Source of the DNA: Tubiluchus corallicola
Lineage: Eukaryota; Animalia; Priapulida
NCBI GenBank assembly: GCA_030141605.1
Contig: JAQGDQ010000450.1
Span: 62,001-126,000 of the forward strand
DNA: 64,000 nt
Reading direction: 5' to 3'
Numbering within the stretch: the stretch's first letter is position 1; each line of letters begins with the position of its first letter. The translations under genes were made by a program, and so were the position numbers. This document shows positions 47,672-60,786 of this stretch, piece by piece. The notes beneath the pieces were generated by a model, which was not told the DNA's origin, did no database searches, and saw nothing but the letters and a program-made list of their open reading frames with translations.

Positions 47672-50600
47672 ATGGGAGCAGGTTATAAATGCCTTAAAGT
47701 GACGTTCATTGTGTTTAATGTGATATTCTGGGTGAGTAATGTCTTTATAATGTCTTGATAATAATAAAACTTCAAACTTCATGTTTTCAATTACAGTGGT
47801 GCAGAAAGTAAACACTGATTAATAAATCTGCCTTAGGGCAAGTCTAAGTAGATTTATTAAGCAACTGGGTTTATAAGTTGAAGGGACGTATTAATAGAGT
47901 ATGTATTATGTCGAATTTCACTATTTTAAAATATTCCATTCCATTACAGCAATTAAAACTGTCTCATCAGAGTAAGTGCCATTGATTTTAGTCATAAATT
48001 GAGCATTTCAGTGGTTTGAAAGCCTCATGTATATTTTTAAATATTTCATTTTTTGAAAAGTCCTGTTTCAATCATTCTAAAGTCTTTACGTACAAGTGGT
48101 GTCAGTTCATTATTTTCATAAACATTTCCTTTCATCTGTTACAGTAGGCATCATTAAAATTGAGCAGTGATGTTCATTAGACTTTACTTACAGGACTGTA
48201 GTATTTGTAATTTATGTCAGTTCGGACAGTTGTGGCAGTCATTTTGGCTTTTCAGTGAAGCATTGATTTGTAGAGAAAAGGCTACTGCTTCTAAAAATCA
48301 CACAATTATATATCAAATTTGTTGTTTTATTGCTCTTTTTAATGTCAAATTGAGAATACTATTGCATTTTAGTGTACTTGTAATGTAAAAATTCTTCTTT
48401 CAATTACAACTATTGCATGAGGTCTTCTAGAGCTCATTACTTTATTTTTGTGTTAGTATATAGTGTCTGTTATAATTAAAGTAAACCTAATTTTTTTGTT
48501 TATTAATTATTTATTGCTGAGCCACAAAGTTTGGTTGGAACAATGTGACTTATGAGTGTATGTACAGTAAGCAGCTTCTTTGAACCATGTACTAAAAACA
48601 ATTGCTCACTGATGCACTGTCAACTTTTCAAACAACACTCGCTTGTATTTTTGCTTTTCAAGACATGTTAGGAAGATACATCATTTTGTATGTTAGCAAT
48701 AATTTAATCTACTTAACAATTTGCAAGTAAATTAGCTTGTTGACAGGACTTGTTCATTAATATTAGGTCTTCTGTGTTCTAGCTCCTAGGTTGCGGTGTA
48801 CTAGGTGTAGGAATATGGCTGCAGATAGACAAAGGTGGATATGCACAGCTGCTGCAAGATTACAGTGCCTTTACGGCAGCTGTGCTGTGCATAGTCGCTG
48901 GCAGTGTCATGGTGATATTTGGAGTCGTCGGTTGTTGTGGTGCTTTCTTAGAATCTCGATGCATGCTTATTGTGGTGAGTTTAAAAAATAAAAGTACAAA
49001 GATTACTTCTACAGGAGTTACTTTAGTTCCAATATGCGTCCGCGGTCCACATCTCCATTACTTGAAGTGTTACAGGCTTGTTGATTGTCCTGATAAAAAG
49101 CACGTTACTTAACGCCAATGAAGTCATTTCTCAGCAGACACTCTAGGGTATGGATCCTTAAAAGCTTCTTAATGAATTAAAGTCACACAATAAAAAAGTA
49201 AGAGAGGAAGAAAGAAAAGACACAACGTTTCAAAGTACCACCGTACATTCTTTTCACGTGAAAAAGAATGCTAAATAAGTCATATTGAATTACTAATGTT
49301 AATTTTTTTGAAAAGAATTTTTATTTATATTATTAACACATAAATTGATCACATAAAAAGGATACAAGCACATAGAAAAAACATTAATTATAGATCTGAA
49401 TCTAAATCGCTCAACCTAATGTGGTGAGCTTCGATGGCAATGATTATTGAGAGAACCTCCATGAAAAAGCAAGCTCCATCTCAAAGTTTTGGTAGAGCTT
49501 GAAGAGCTGCTTGACATTGACATGATTCTTTCTTCACTTGTTTCGTGAAGTAAAATCCAAACCTTAGACAACTTTTTATAAAGCACCTAAGACTGTAGTG
49601 TAGTCTACGATGATCAATTTTCACAATATTAGCCCCTAAATAATATATCCATAAGGTCTATGGACACCTTGTTGGATTTAAAAAAATGGGTGTGCGTGTA
49701 TTCTCCAAAATTTGTCAGTCTTGTAACTGAATATCAACAATTTCAGTAGTTATTGTAAATTTACAGCGGAAAAAAAGTTTCCAGAAGTTACGAAGAAACC
49801 TTATTTTCTATACGTGTATGGGGCGATGTGTCAGCTCCCTCTGTTGAGTAAATTTAAAAGTGTAGGTAGATGGCTCTGATTGATTGTGGACCATTGGGAA
49901 GACAATATAGATTGATTGTGTACTACTGGAATGAGAATATGGACCTTCTCTGTTGCGTTAACTCAGTAGCTGAAAAGACAAAGTGTTTGCACTGAAAGTG
50001 CAGGATTCTAGGTTCATGTCTGCTTGAGTTACAATTTTTCATCACGTTTTTTGAATTTTAAATTAATTAGCCATTAGGGTAATTGCTGTTGTAAGTATTT
50101 CTCTTAGTGACAGTAGTAATAATTTATTGATTGTAATAATGAATTATAAATGGAAAAATTCTACGGTCCAATACAGTACATTAAGCAGATACAGTTAACT
50201 ATGCAACAGTAAACTACCTGCACAAATAGCAAACAGAAACTAGCCTTATGTGTACATCAATTTTGCAACAACAAGAAACAATGTCTAATAGTACTTCCTG
50301 TGTGCTTTAGATTGCAAGTAAATAAATTTCATGAACAACTAAAATCTAATTCAGGATAATCCTGACGCACATTCACAAATGATTCACAAATTCACATTGT
50401 GAATTTTAATACATTCACAAATGAAATGATATTTGGTTTGCACTAAGCCACAGCCACATAATCTCAATTCACGTGATATCCTAGACCATCTTACCAAGAC
50501 CATGAGTCTAGTCATCTGTATTCTATCATATTCTCTCACATCTAATGAACGATTAACATAAACATCTAATACACTTAAATCAGGGTCACGCGATTGGGAC

Positions 50601-53600
50601 AAACATTGATCGGTCTGAACACTTGCTTTTCTATCAGCAATATCTTTCTCAATTACACGATATTCATCCTTTATACTAATAATATAAATTACATCTTGAA
50701 AACTAACTGACGAAACTTTTTAAGTACACTCCTTTTACTGGGTGTGTTTAAACAGTAATATATATATATATATATATATATACATACACATATACATATA
50801 TATATATATATATATAAACAGATATATCACCAGTATTATATAGGTGACTCTGTTTGATATGCCACTACACTGAAAATCTACTCTGTGCCAGCCATTCAAA
50901 ATGTAATGCCTGCACCCTTTAAGGTTGTGTGTTCAAATCCTGATTTGCTTGAAATTTTTCAGCATGTCCTTTAACAATTAGCCATTAGGTTAATTATTGT
51001 ACGAGTGTGCATGCGTGTGTTCGCATATGCATGCATATGGGAACAGCTAAACTGCAATCTGAACTAATTTTTAACACTTATTTCAGTACTTTTTTGCTCT
51101 TGTTATCGTCTTCTTGCTGGAAATTGTTGCCGGGATTATCGGGTTCATCAGACGTAAGGAGGTACGTTGTAACATCTTTGTATGATTCACACCTCTTTAT
51201 TTACTAAACATTTAAACTATAACAGGTTTATGATTAAATCTATTATATTATAAAAAGAAATTATTCTTCAAAAAATTGTGTGGTAGTATTAAAAAATGTA
51301 AGTTTGATTTTGTTTTTCAATATTTTTTGTTATCAAATATATTTCGTATGCATCACATTCTTAATGTAAGACAATAATTTACAAACACAGTCAAGCCTTG
51401 TTATGCTCCCCTCCCTTATACCACCAAACTCATTTACCACCTTGAAAATTGCCAGGAACAAAATGGCTACATTCAACTGTATATAAAAGTAACCCGTTAC
51501 CCACCATCCACCAGGGCAATATATATGTTCAATGTGGAAGTACTGACAGCCACGCCAGTGACCTTGATATTATGCGGTATGAGGCTGTTATACGCTCCTC
51601 TGAGTCGCTAACACTGACAAAACGTCGCATGTCGTGTAAAATAATGCATGTTACCCTGAGTTGATTGTTTTCAGGCTGTACATTGTATAATGAAGGATTG
51701 ATAGCACGATAATTTTGTCCATATGCACCTCACAGTCATAATAGCATTGACAGAAAACACTTTTTTCACCACAAGAAATGTGACATTTACTTGTTTTCTA
51801 AGAATCATCCAGGCAAATCCCAACAAGAAATTTGTATACATGATTAGTGGAGCAGTAGGCCTACAGCCAATTACATGTATATATAGTTGAGTACAAGATA
51901 TGTTTATTATGTAAACAAAATGTGATGATGATTGATTTTGAATGAGTCATTAATTCACAAATGATTAATTATAAATTTTCTTTTAATTCATTAACTTTTA
52001 GAGTGAAAATTGAAGAATCTAATCTGTGTACACTTGTCTGACAATTTTGTGATTCGTCTATAACAAAATGTAACCCACCTCATTATAACGCCAAACTTGC
52101 TATAACGCCAACTTTTTCCCATCCCAAACTGGATAGTATAAAGAGGTTTGACTGTCTCCTGACCATGTTGTTATTTTCTAGATTAGTGGAGCTGTAAGAA
52201 CACGCCTTCTAAAAAATATTCATTCAGAGTATGACGGAAATGGCAGCGATGACGAAGGTAAATACGGCCGCGTCTGGGATCTGTTTCAACAAGAAGTAAG
52301 TCATTTTACTGTAGCTAATGTCTCTTTGTGCACTATCAAAATTTGTAACTGTGATCATATATTTATTTACAAGCTAAGGTACGGGTAGTCATCATCTTAC
52401 CACCTATGACCTATTGATCTTAGAACCCGGCCAGAACATTGCAATTACGTCGGGTATTTTGACCTGAGAAAGTCTCTCACAGTGAGTAGTGGGGAAGGGA
52501 ATGTTGTTTAAAAAACTACATTGTTAATAATGAGAGAACAGTGTGGTCCATATGATGTTCTGAACTTCCACTGAACTGGAGTTGCTAATCGAAGGACGTC
52601 ATGCCAGGCTGATTTTGTTCACCTCATTTCTAACATCATCGCCATAGCAACAAGGTTCTAGTCAAAACATAAATAAAAAAAAAGAAGGCGCCTTTTGATT
52701 CATGTAAGGGCTTGCTCAGGTTGGAGAAAGTTTTGAAAAGAAAATCTGAAATCAAAGCATATAGTATCTTTTGAGACACCCTGTATTTCACACAGATACT
52801 CATTAAAGCTTTTGTTTGTGTGTTGATCTAGTATGAATGTTGCGGAGTCGGCGGGTATCATGACTGGTATGACATAGCTGCTTGGAAAAATCAGAGTTGG
52901 GTGCCAGACTCTTGCTGTATTGAAGTCATTAAAAACTGCGGCAAGACAACAAATCATCAAGACTGGTACATTCAGGTATGTGACGTCATAATTATTTATA
53001 AAATCAGTTCTGTTCGTTGTAATAGCATGCTTCTACTGATCACTAGCTTGAAGGAAAACAGTATACTTTTTCATATCCTACCCCATTTTAAAGTGCAGTA
53101 AAACGTATACATTTTAAAACATTTTTGGTAATTAAAAATAGATTAAAAACTTAAGTAATGGTTGACTAGCCCAACTAGCAATGACATAACAATTGAGCAT
53201 ACATTTCAACAGCACAAACATTCCGTGAGAATGTTGCACGCGTTTGCAAAAGCGAAAATTATAGTTCTGTGCTATTACGTAACACTCTGTGTGGTATACA
53301 AAAGACTCAGCAAATTTTAAGTTTAAAATTCAAAGTTTGCCATTGTGCTCATGCATGAGGTGTCTAACGTGTTCCCTATGTCACAACCGAACATTTCTGA
53401 ACTAGGAGGTACAGCGCTCGTTTTTTGTGCAATGTGTTTCCAAGATGAAGGCACTAGCTTCCATCTAACTAGCTAGCTAATCTAATTAATCACTTGGTAA
53501 TGGCAGAATGCATGTAACGGCGAAAACCTAGCCACGAGAACACGAAATTACCATTCTGTTGTAGTAATTCTTTCACATAAGTCATTTTTAAAAAAATAGT

Positions 53601-56600
53601 GTGTTACATTTCAATATTTTATAGCATTGAGCCAGAGTTTAAGATTGGGTCCAGTTTTCCTGCAAGCAAAACTTTTAGACACTGGATCTAAATAGTTGCT
53701 TTTTCATCTACATTTATATTTTAAATTTCAACACTAGGTACTTACTAGACATCTCTAACATTTTCTTGTATCTGTTTTAGTAGTAATTGCTTTTACATAT
53801 AAATATACAGTTGCTGGTTTTCGAGTCAATACAGAAATGCACACAATCTGACTTACTAGAAACTTGATAATGACCTTTCAGCCTTTATGTCATTGACTCC
53901 ACTTTATTCACGTGTTTCAAATTACAGCATAATTTCATAGTAAGTTTCACTACTGAACAATTTGTTACCTTACTAGTTACTGGTTGGTACCACATCAAAC
54001 TGTTATGCTTGTTTTGCTGCAGTTGAATCTTTGTTTCTGTTTTGTTAAAATTTTGTTCTTGCCCTTCCTTTATGTTTTACACTTTTTCCTACATTTTTCG
54101 TATTAAATTTTCCCGGGTATTAGAAACTGGTTAAAAATGTTAGTTAGTTATTAGCGTATTTTTTTTAGATTATTTCTAATGAGGGATGAGCTTGCTGAAT
54201 TTTTTTGCCACCAAATTTGACTGAAAGACTGGCAGTTTTGTAATTCAAGAGTGTCTGTTTCAAGATCAGATTCATTGATCACTTCTCTGCTAATCCCCCG
54301 AATGCAAACAATTAAATAATTATGGTTATTAATATGAAAATGATTGCCAGCATCCACTCATAAAAAGACATCTACAACGTTTCGACACACCGTATCTCTC
54401 AACAACCCACCTAAATAAAAGTACAATGAGTAAAAGTTTCAAAAATCAACAGTGTGACAAACAAACAAGACTAATACTAAATTGTGAACTTACATATCAT
54501 GTGGTTTGAGGCCAAATGACAGAAAAAATAAAGTTACTCGGACACAATTCATTCTTTAACCTGTTGGTATGGCTGTGAGTGTTAATGAGAGAAACCTTAA
54601 CATCAGAAATGATGAACAACGCTTTAGGGGAGCAGCTACAAGGACCAGTTCAAAATAATTCCAGGGGCAGAGAAGAAAGTTGATCATTAAACTCTGGCTG
54701 AAGTTTTTTTATTAAAAGAGTTTGCATTTGTAAATCAAAATCACTTGTTAGCTCATTTTAAAGTCTCATGTTTCAGTGAATGTGTCACCGATTTCAGTTG
54801 TCTGTGAGTAGCCAGCGAACTGCCTCAGTGTTCATATGAATATACATACGAACTTCCAAGTGGCATAACGTTTTACCAATATAAACTGCAGGACAGCAGT
54901 CACAAACATATGCATAAACCACCGAATTGTGGTTCTTTCCATCACCGTATGAATTTTTTTCTAAATTTCTCTAGTGTTATCCATTGGCTTCCATTTCTGT
55001 GTTTCTTTGCAGGGTTGCTATGATGTGTTCATTCGGACGCTGCAGGACCATCTTTACATCATCAGCTTTGTCGGACTGATCATCGGTATCGTTCAGGTAT
55101 TTTTGATTGTTGATTAGTACTAGTATCAGTTAAAACGCTGGAAAACATGAATTCTGGTACGTACATTCTGATGACCTGGGCCCAGATTCATGTATTGCAC
55201 TTACGACAGTTGGCTTGTGTTAGATAATGTTTAGGCACCCTGAAATTTTCGTTCCTAATTTCACGTAACTGTCTTATGTCATTAGTCACACCCTAGTCGC
55301 GACTAGCTTCCATATGACCAGGGATGTTACTAAAACTAAAATTATCAACCGAAACCGAAATTTATGAAACATGGGGAACCGATACTAAAATGAAACCTAA
55401 CTGAAATCATTTTTGCAAAACTACTATCAAAACTGAAAAAAATGCTGAAATAAATAAAATGCTTTGTTTTTGCTTGTTTTGCTTTTATTTGCTCTGATAC
55501 AAATTTGATGAAGTAGCAAAAAATCTTAACCAAAAAAAGTAGAACGTTGTTTATGGTTAAAGATCGTGATGTTTCAAAAAATTGACAAATTTTATTTTGT
55601 AAATATTTTGCTGCCTCTGTTTCATAAATTATAAAATTTAACTTGGTTTTATTTGAGTTACGCTTTGGTATTTCCATTTATTGTGCCTTGAGACCAGTTT
55701 CACAGTCATCAGCACTGAAGATATGCCATGTTGCCGTAAAAAGTATGCTACAAATGATACAAAAAGTTAAGTGAATGTCATTTACTCTTTATTTTATTTT
55801 ATTTTATTTTAGCTACTATTTTAGCCAAAAATGTTCAGCAATTTTTAACATCTAATAGAAAAATAGGTAAGCTGCATAAATACTACTAATATCTTGGAAA
55901 AATGCTACCAAAAATTACCGAATGTTTCGGCTACGAAACTTAATAATTTTCGACGAAAACGAAACTGAACTGAAAGTGCAATTTTTGGCAGACCAAAACA
56001 AAATTTTCATTTTGGTAATATCCTTGCATGTGACTAGCTAATGACAGTCACTTTCATGTGAATGGGCATCCTAGATTCAACATATTTGAATAATATGAAG
56101 AACAGTTAGCATCGTTGGGCTTGTAACAATGCTAGCAATAACAGTGTAACAATGTAGATTTGCATTGCTGATTTGTTCAGCAGATTAAAGCTGTATTAGG
56201 AGTAAATAAGCCTACCAGCATTTATAAGGCACCAAATTTTTTTATCTTGTAGTCAATGTCTTTGGTCAAAATCATCATTCATATCTATCTATCTATCTAG
56301 GATCATTCATACTGCTAAAATTGGGAAGCATAAATTTTTTTTATTGTTTTGATTTTCAGCATTTTTCAAAGGAAAAAGAATCTTTTTAAGCGGTTTTCTT
56401 TTTGCTACAGGCTACTGCCACTCTACACGTCTATGCTTTTAATACAAATTTACAAACATATGCAAATTTTAGCCACACTTACACATACTTCATTTTCCGT
56501 GTGCACCATTTTTGCTCTCATAATGCAAGTACCTCCCTTCATAGTAAATGGAAAACACCTTGTGTCATAGATAGCTTTTATTTTGTAAGTTTGATTGGAC

Positions 56601-56744
56601 AATGTTTCATTTGATTGTTACATGCAATGAATATTTGAATCAACGTATTCCACTTCTCTTTTTCAGGTATTCATGCTGGGATCTTCTATAGCTCTTCTTT
56701 GTGCTGTTCATAATCGAAAAGTTAAATCCATGACTGTTATTTAA
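47672..56744 (+). CDS. Tetraspanin (TSPAN4/TSPAN9/CD53-like), 248 aa, 7 coding exons
   Basis: Exons 47672-47731, 48783-48974, 51087-51161, 52182-52295, 52832-52975, 55013-55096, 56667-56744 (747 nt, all phase 0). Motifs CLK...FN.IFW, G.GIW, GCCGA..ESRCML, LLEIVAG, EC2 CCG...DW...VPDSCC...C...GC, and TM4 followed by Q. Confidence 0.93.
50384..50700 (-). pseudogene. 3' remnant of an RTEX-like LINE
   Basis: EYDRIQMTRL...RWSRISRELRLCGCGLVQTKYH parallels EHHRISFTSMRL...RWARQLRENRLCPCGDIQTEKH of the 18.6-22.6 kb element. Confidence 0.65.
50758..50816. repeat. (TA)n microsatellite
   Basis: Direct reading. Confidence 0.95.
54370..54925 (-). mobile_element. Penelope-like element remnant (GIY-YIG endonuclease and 3' flank)
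   Basis: The minus strand reads VVYAYVCDCCPAVYIGKTLCHLEVRM (GIY-YIG) and LLIKKLQPEFNDQLSSLPLELF* (stop 54650-54652). A hammerhead-like GATAC-GGT-GTGTC-GAAACGTT lies at 54376-54403. Confidence 0.75.
55319..56026 (+). mobile_element. hAT-type MITE
   Basis: TIRs CAGGGATGTTACTAAAA / TTTTGGTAATATCCTTG, 8-bp TSD CATATGAC / CATGTGAC (one mismatch), and subterminal AAACTGAA/AACCGAAA repeats. Confidence 0.78.
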
Positions 56745-59687
56745 CATGCGCATTCTCGGTAGATCAGCCGTCCTACTTCTGAAATCGCCAAAGTCAGCAC
56801 TATACAATCTTCCATTAAAATTACCGGCATAACTACATCTAGTATTTTTGAATACTAAATATATTAAATTAGCAAGCCTATTTTGTGACTAATATTCTTG
56901 TGCATGTTGTCATGGCATCTTTTCGTGTTTTTACTTATGTAATGCCAGGTTTCACGGGGCTTTCTGTTTTGTCAGCTATCCGAAAATTTCTGACTCCATC
57001 AGTTGCCAAATATGTGCCAGAAGTTCCCCGAGATAGTTTTAAAACATTCACAGGTGTAGACATTGTCGCCAAAAAGGTCGCTGGTTTCTGCTTAAAATTT
57101 AGTTTAAAGTTTGTCAGTCCGGAGTTGCAAAACTCGCCACGTCATCAAAACTTTGCCATTCTGTTTCAAGTCTTTCAGGACCACACCATTCAAATTAGAT
57201 CTTATAAGACCTATGATTTTTTTCTGCTTCTGTATGAGCACAGATATAACTAAATTTGGTACTATTCTATTCAGGAGAATCTTGGCTATCCAATCTTGCT
57301 ATTTGTTTAAATATTTATCATTGATTTAGTTGGATAAAATTAAGAAAAATGCACCTTCTATTGTGTATCAGAATGTTGTGTATGGATTGATGAAATTTCC
57401 GGAATTAACCGATTTCACACAAGTGATGCTGTACATTGTTGCAGTGCAAACACTGCAGTTACTGAAACTTTTTTGAATTGTGTCAAAAATCTATTTACAG
57501 TGCAGTTAGTGAAGGTTTTTTGAATTTTTTTTTGTCAAAAATCGATTTTTAATTTGTCTAAGATAAGCAAATGCATTTAATATATAATTCATAATATATG
57601 ATTCACAAAAATTATCAAATATAATGTAATAATTGCTTAGTGAGAGCAGTTTTTCATGAACTTATGGTCCTGCACAAATACATCGCCAATTATTTGTGAT
57701 GTTCATCAATAATTTCAAAATTTGCTAAAACTTGGAGAATATTTAAGGCACTTTTGAAAATGTGACAACGACTTTGCGGCTATTTTTCAGCATTTTAGTG
57801 ACAGTTTGAAGAACCTCGATTGTCACGCACTTCTTTCCATGAAAATTCTTTCAAATAATTGAGAAATGATGACAATACACTTGCTCAAATGTTGTGCAAC
57901 ATTCGCCTTGTCATCAAACATGCACATACATGCACAAAAAGAGGGAATTTCATAAAAAGTGGAGAAGTTTGCAGAAACGATTTGCAACCTTGGCAACAAA
58001 GCACAGTCACCAGAATTTTTGAGCCACTGTTGAACAAATTTTCGTAAAAACATACCAGCCTCATGAAGCCCTGGCTTCTGTGTTGTATTAACTTTTTTTT
58101 ATATTTTACCATATATCATATGTTTTTTTATTGTCATTTACACAGTGATTGTACATAATTTGTGTCATTTTATACATATTAATATTAACAATATTTTATT
58201 TTTATTGGTAAAGTGAGAAATGGCTTAAGGTGCAGTCTCTGATTCCTATTATAGTCATTGGTAATCATGATGTGTATAGTAACATGTAACTCAATTAAAA
58301 ACTAAATACTCATTTTCAAATACTCATATTGTACTCAGATTATGACTTTCTCAAGATCTCATTGTAGTGATGTACTCACAGGGGTAGATAGTGTTTTATT
58401 TTGTTAACAAATTACACGTACTCATATATTGCTTTATTGTCTTTTTACTCGTCTGAATGTTTTTTCACTTGAAACGTCATGTTTATAACTAATGTGTCAT
58501 TAAAATGTTATGGGTTACTCCCTTGCAAACAACTTTATAAAGCGGTTTATTTCGCCTCGTTTTCATTCATGTAATACAAACCTTTGCCACTAAGTCTTGC
58601 ATATTGTGCAGCAGGCAAGTGGTTCGTGTTTTACAAAAATTTGGATTCTATGGCAACCGTAAATGCGTAATTGTTACTAGCTAGCTTATTACAGTCATTT
58701 CACGTATGGCCCTGGCAGGTGGCTGCACTGACGCATGTGTGCGTCCACACAATTTCTTAAAAAAAATTTATGACTAAATAAAGTTTTTTAGCAGTAAACC
58801 AAGAAACACACCAACCCCTTGTTTGTTTACGAAATCCCCAAGCAGTCAGATGATTTGCATAGTGAAATTATGTTTATGTATATCATGGTGTCGATTCTCC
58901 TATCAATTTCTGTTGTCTAGGCAGTTTTTAGCTAACTGTGACTACACTTAGGGGATTTTGCATTTAGGGGCTGTGCCCCCTTTCATGGTAATAGTGAAAT
59001 TATGAGTCACGAGTTTGAGGTGACACCGTAAGTTTTATACTAGTGAACTTGCCTGAGCTTCTAGCAACCACAGAATTGTCTAAAATGCAGTAAAATTGCA
59101 TTTAGCTATGTCCAGCGGGAAAAATTAGCACGCACGCAAACATATTAAATTTTGTATGAACAGTGGGTGGGCTGTAAACTTAACAGTCTCAAATCAATTT
59201 TATGTTTGATCCACATTTTGCTGGATAGATAATCTTGACACTAAATAAATTAAGCTTGAGTAATGGGTCATCCGCATTAAAGTGCATTACGAACTTGCTT
59301 TTAAGATATATGACTACTACAATACAATAATGAATATCACCTAGGTAAATGTAGTTAAAACATATTTATTAAAGCAGAATTTTTCACGTTTGAGGAAGTC
59401 TATGTACCAGAATTTAGATATCATTTGAGGCCTCCAGATTGTGCTTAAATACAGGAAAATGTGTTGGTGGACCCTGCTGGGGAGTTTACAATGCTCCCCC
59501 AGACCCCTTGGCTGCTTGTGCATCAAATTTTTTAAACTCTGGCAGCGCCCATGATTTCAGGAGCAGAAAGCAAAGAGAGTGTCGAACGTTTCCGCATTAC
59601 TGATCATCAGTGGATACATTTATTAGCATTTGTCACTTTATGCAGTTCAGCGTTATGCACTGTTTTTGTTGTTGCTAACTGCTGTTT

Positions 59688-60786
59688 GTGGCATGATGTG
59701 GATGGTGTAGGTGGCATGGTGTAGGTGGCGTGGTGTGGATGGTGTAGGTGGCGTGGTGTGGATGGTGTAGGTGGCGTGGTGTGGATGGTGTAGGTGGCGT
59801 GGTGTGGATGGTGTAGGTGGCATGGTGTGGATGGTGTAGGTGGCGTGGTGTGGATGGTGTAGGTGGCGTGGGGTGGATGGTGTAGATGGCATGGTGTAGG
59901 TGGCGTGGTGTGGATGGTGTAGGTGGCGTGGTGTGGATGGTGTAGGTGGCGTGGGGTGGATGGTGTAGGTGGCGTGGTGTGGATGGTGTAGGTGGCATGG
60001 TGTGGATGGTGTAGGTGGCATGGTGTGGATGGTGTAGGTGGCGTGGTGTGGATGGTGTAGGTGGCGTGGGGTGGATGGTGTAGGTGGCGTGGTGTGGATG
60101 GTGTAGGTGGCATGGTGTGGATGGTGTAGGTGGCGTGGTGTGGATGGTGTAGGTGGCGTGGGGTGGATGGTGTAGGTGGCATGGTGTGGATGGTGTAGGT
60201 GGCGTGGTGTGGATGGTGTAGGTGGCGTGGTGTGGATGGTGTAGGTGGCATGGTGTGGATGGTGTAGGTGGTATGGTGTAGGTGGCGTGGTGTGGATGGT
60301 GTAGGTGGCGTGGTGTGGATGGTGTAGGTGGCATGGTGTGGATGGTGTAGGTGGCGTGGTGTGGATGGTGTAGGTGGCGTGGGGTGGATGGTGTAGGTGG
60401 CATGGTGTGGATGGTGTAGGTGGCTTGGTGTGGATGGTCTAGGTGGCGTGGGGTGGATGGTGTAGGTGGCGTGGGGTGGATGGTGTAGGTGGCGTGGTGT
60501 GGATGGTGTAGGTGGCATGGTGTGGATGGTGTAGGTGGCGTGGTGTGGATAGTGTAGGTGGCATGGTGTAGGTGGCGTGGGGTGGATGGTGTAGGTGGCA
60601 TGGTGTGGATGGTGTAGGTGGGGTGGTTGGTGTAGGTGGCATGGTGTGGATGGTCTAGGTGGCGTGGGGTGGATGGTGTAGGTGGCATGGGGTGGATGGT
60701 CTAGGTGGCATGGTGTGGATGGTGTAGGTGGCATGGTGTGTATGGTCTAGGTGGCGTGGGGTGGATGGTGTAGGTGGCGTGGGGTG
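59688..60786. repeat. G-rich 23-bp minisatellite (GGTGTGGATGGTGTAGGTGGCRT)n
   Basis: About 1.1 kb of near-perfect tandem 23-mers with occasional 14-nt short units. Confidence 0.97.

Noticed and set aside
49955-50030. tRNA gene
   Set aside because: A/B-box-like words only and no complete cloverleaf. At best a decayed tRNA-derived repeat, with a related tail near 50975-50995.
59607-60734. 375-aa and 337-aa His/Pro/Thr-rich proteins; CRISPR-like array
   Set aside because: Pure tandem minisatellite without unique spacers, open in several frames, with no splice or signal context.
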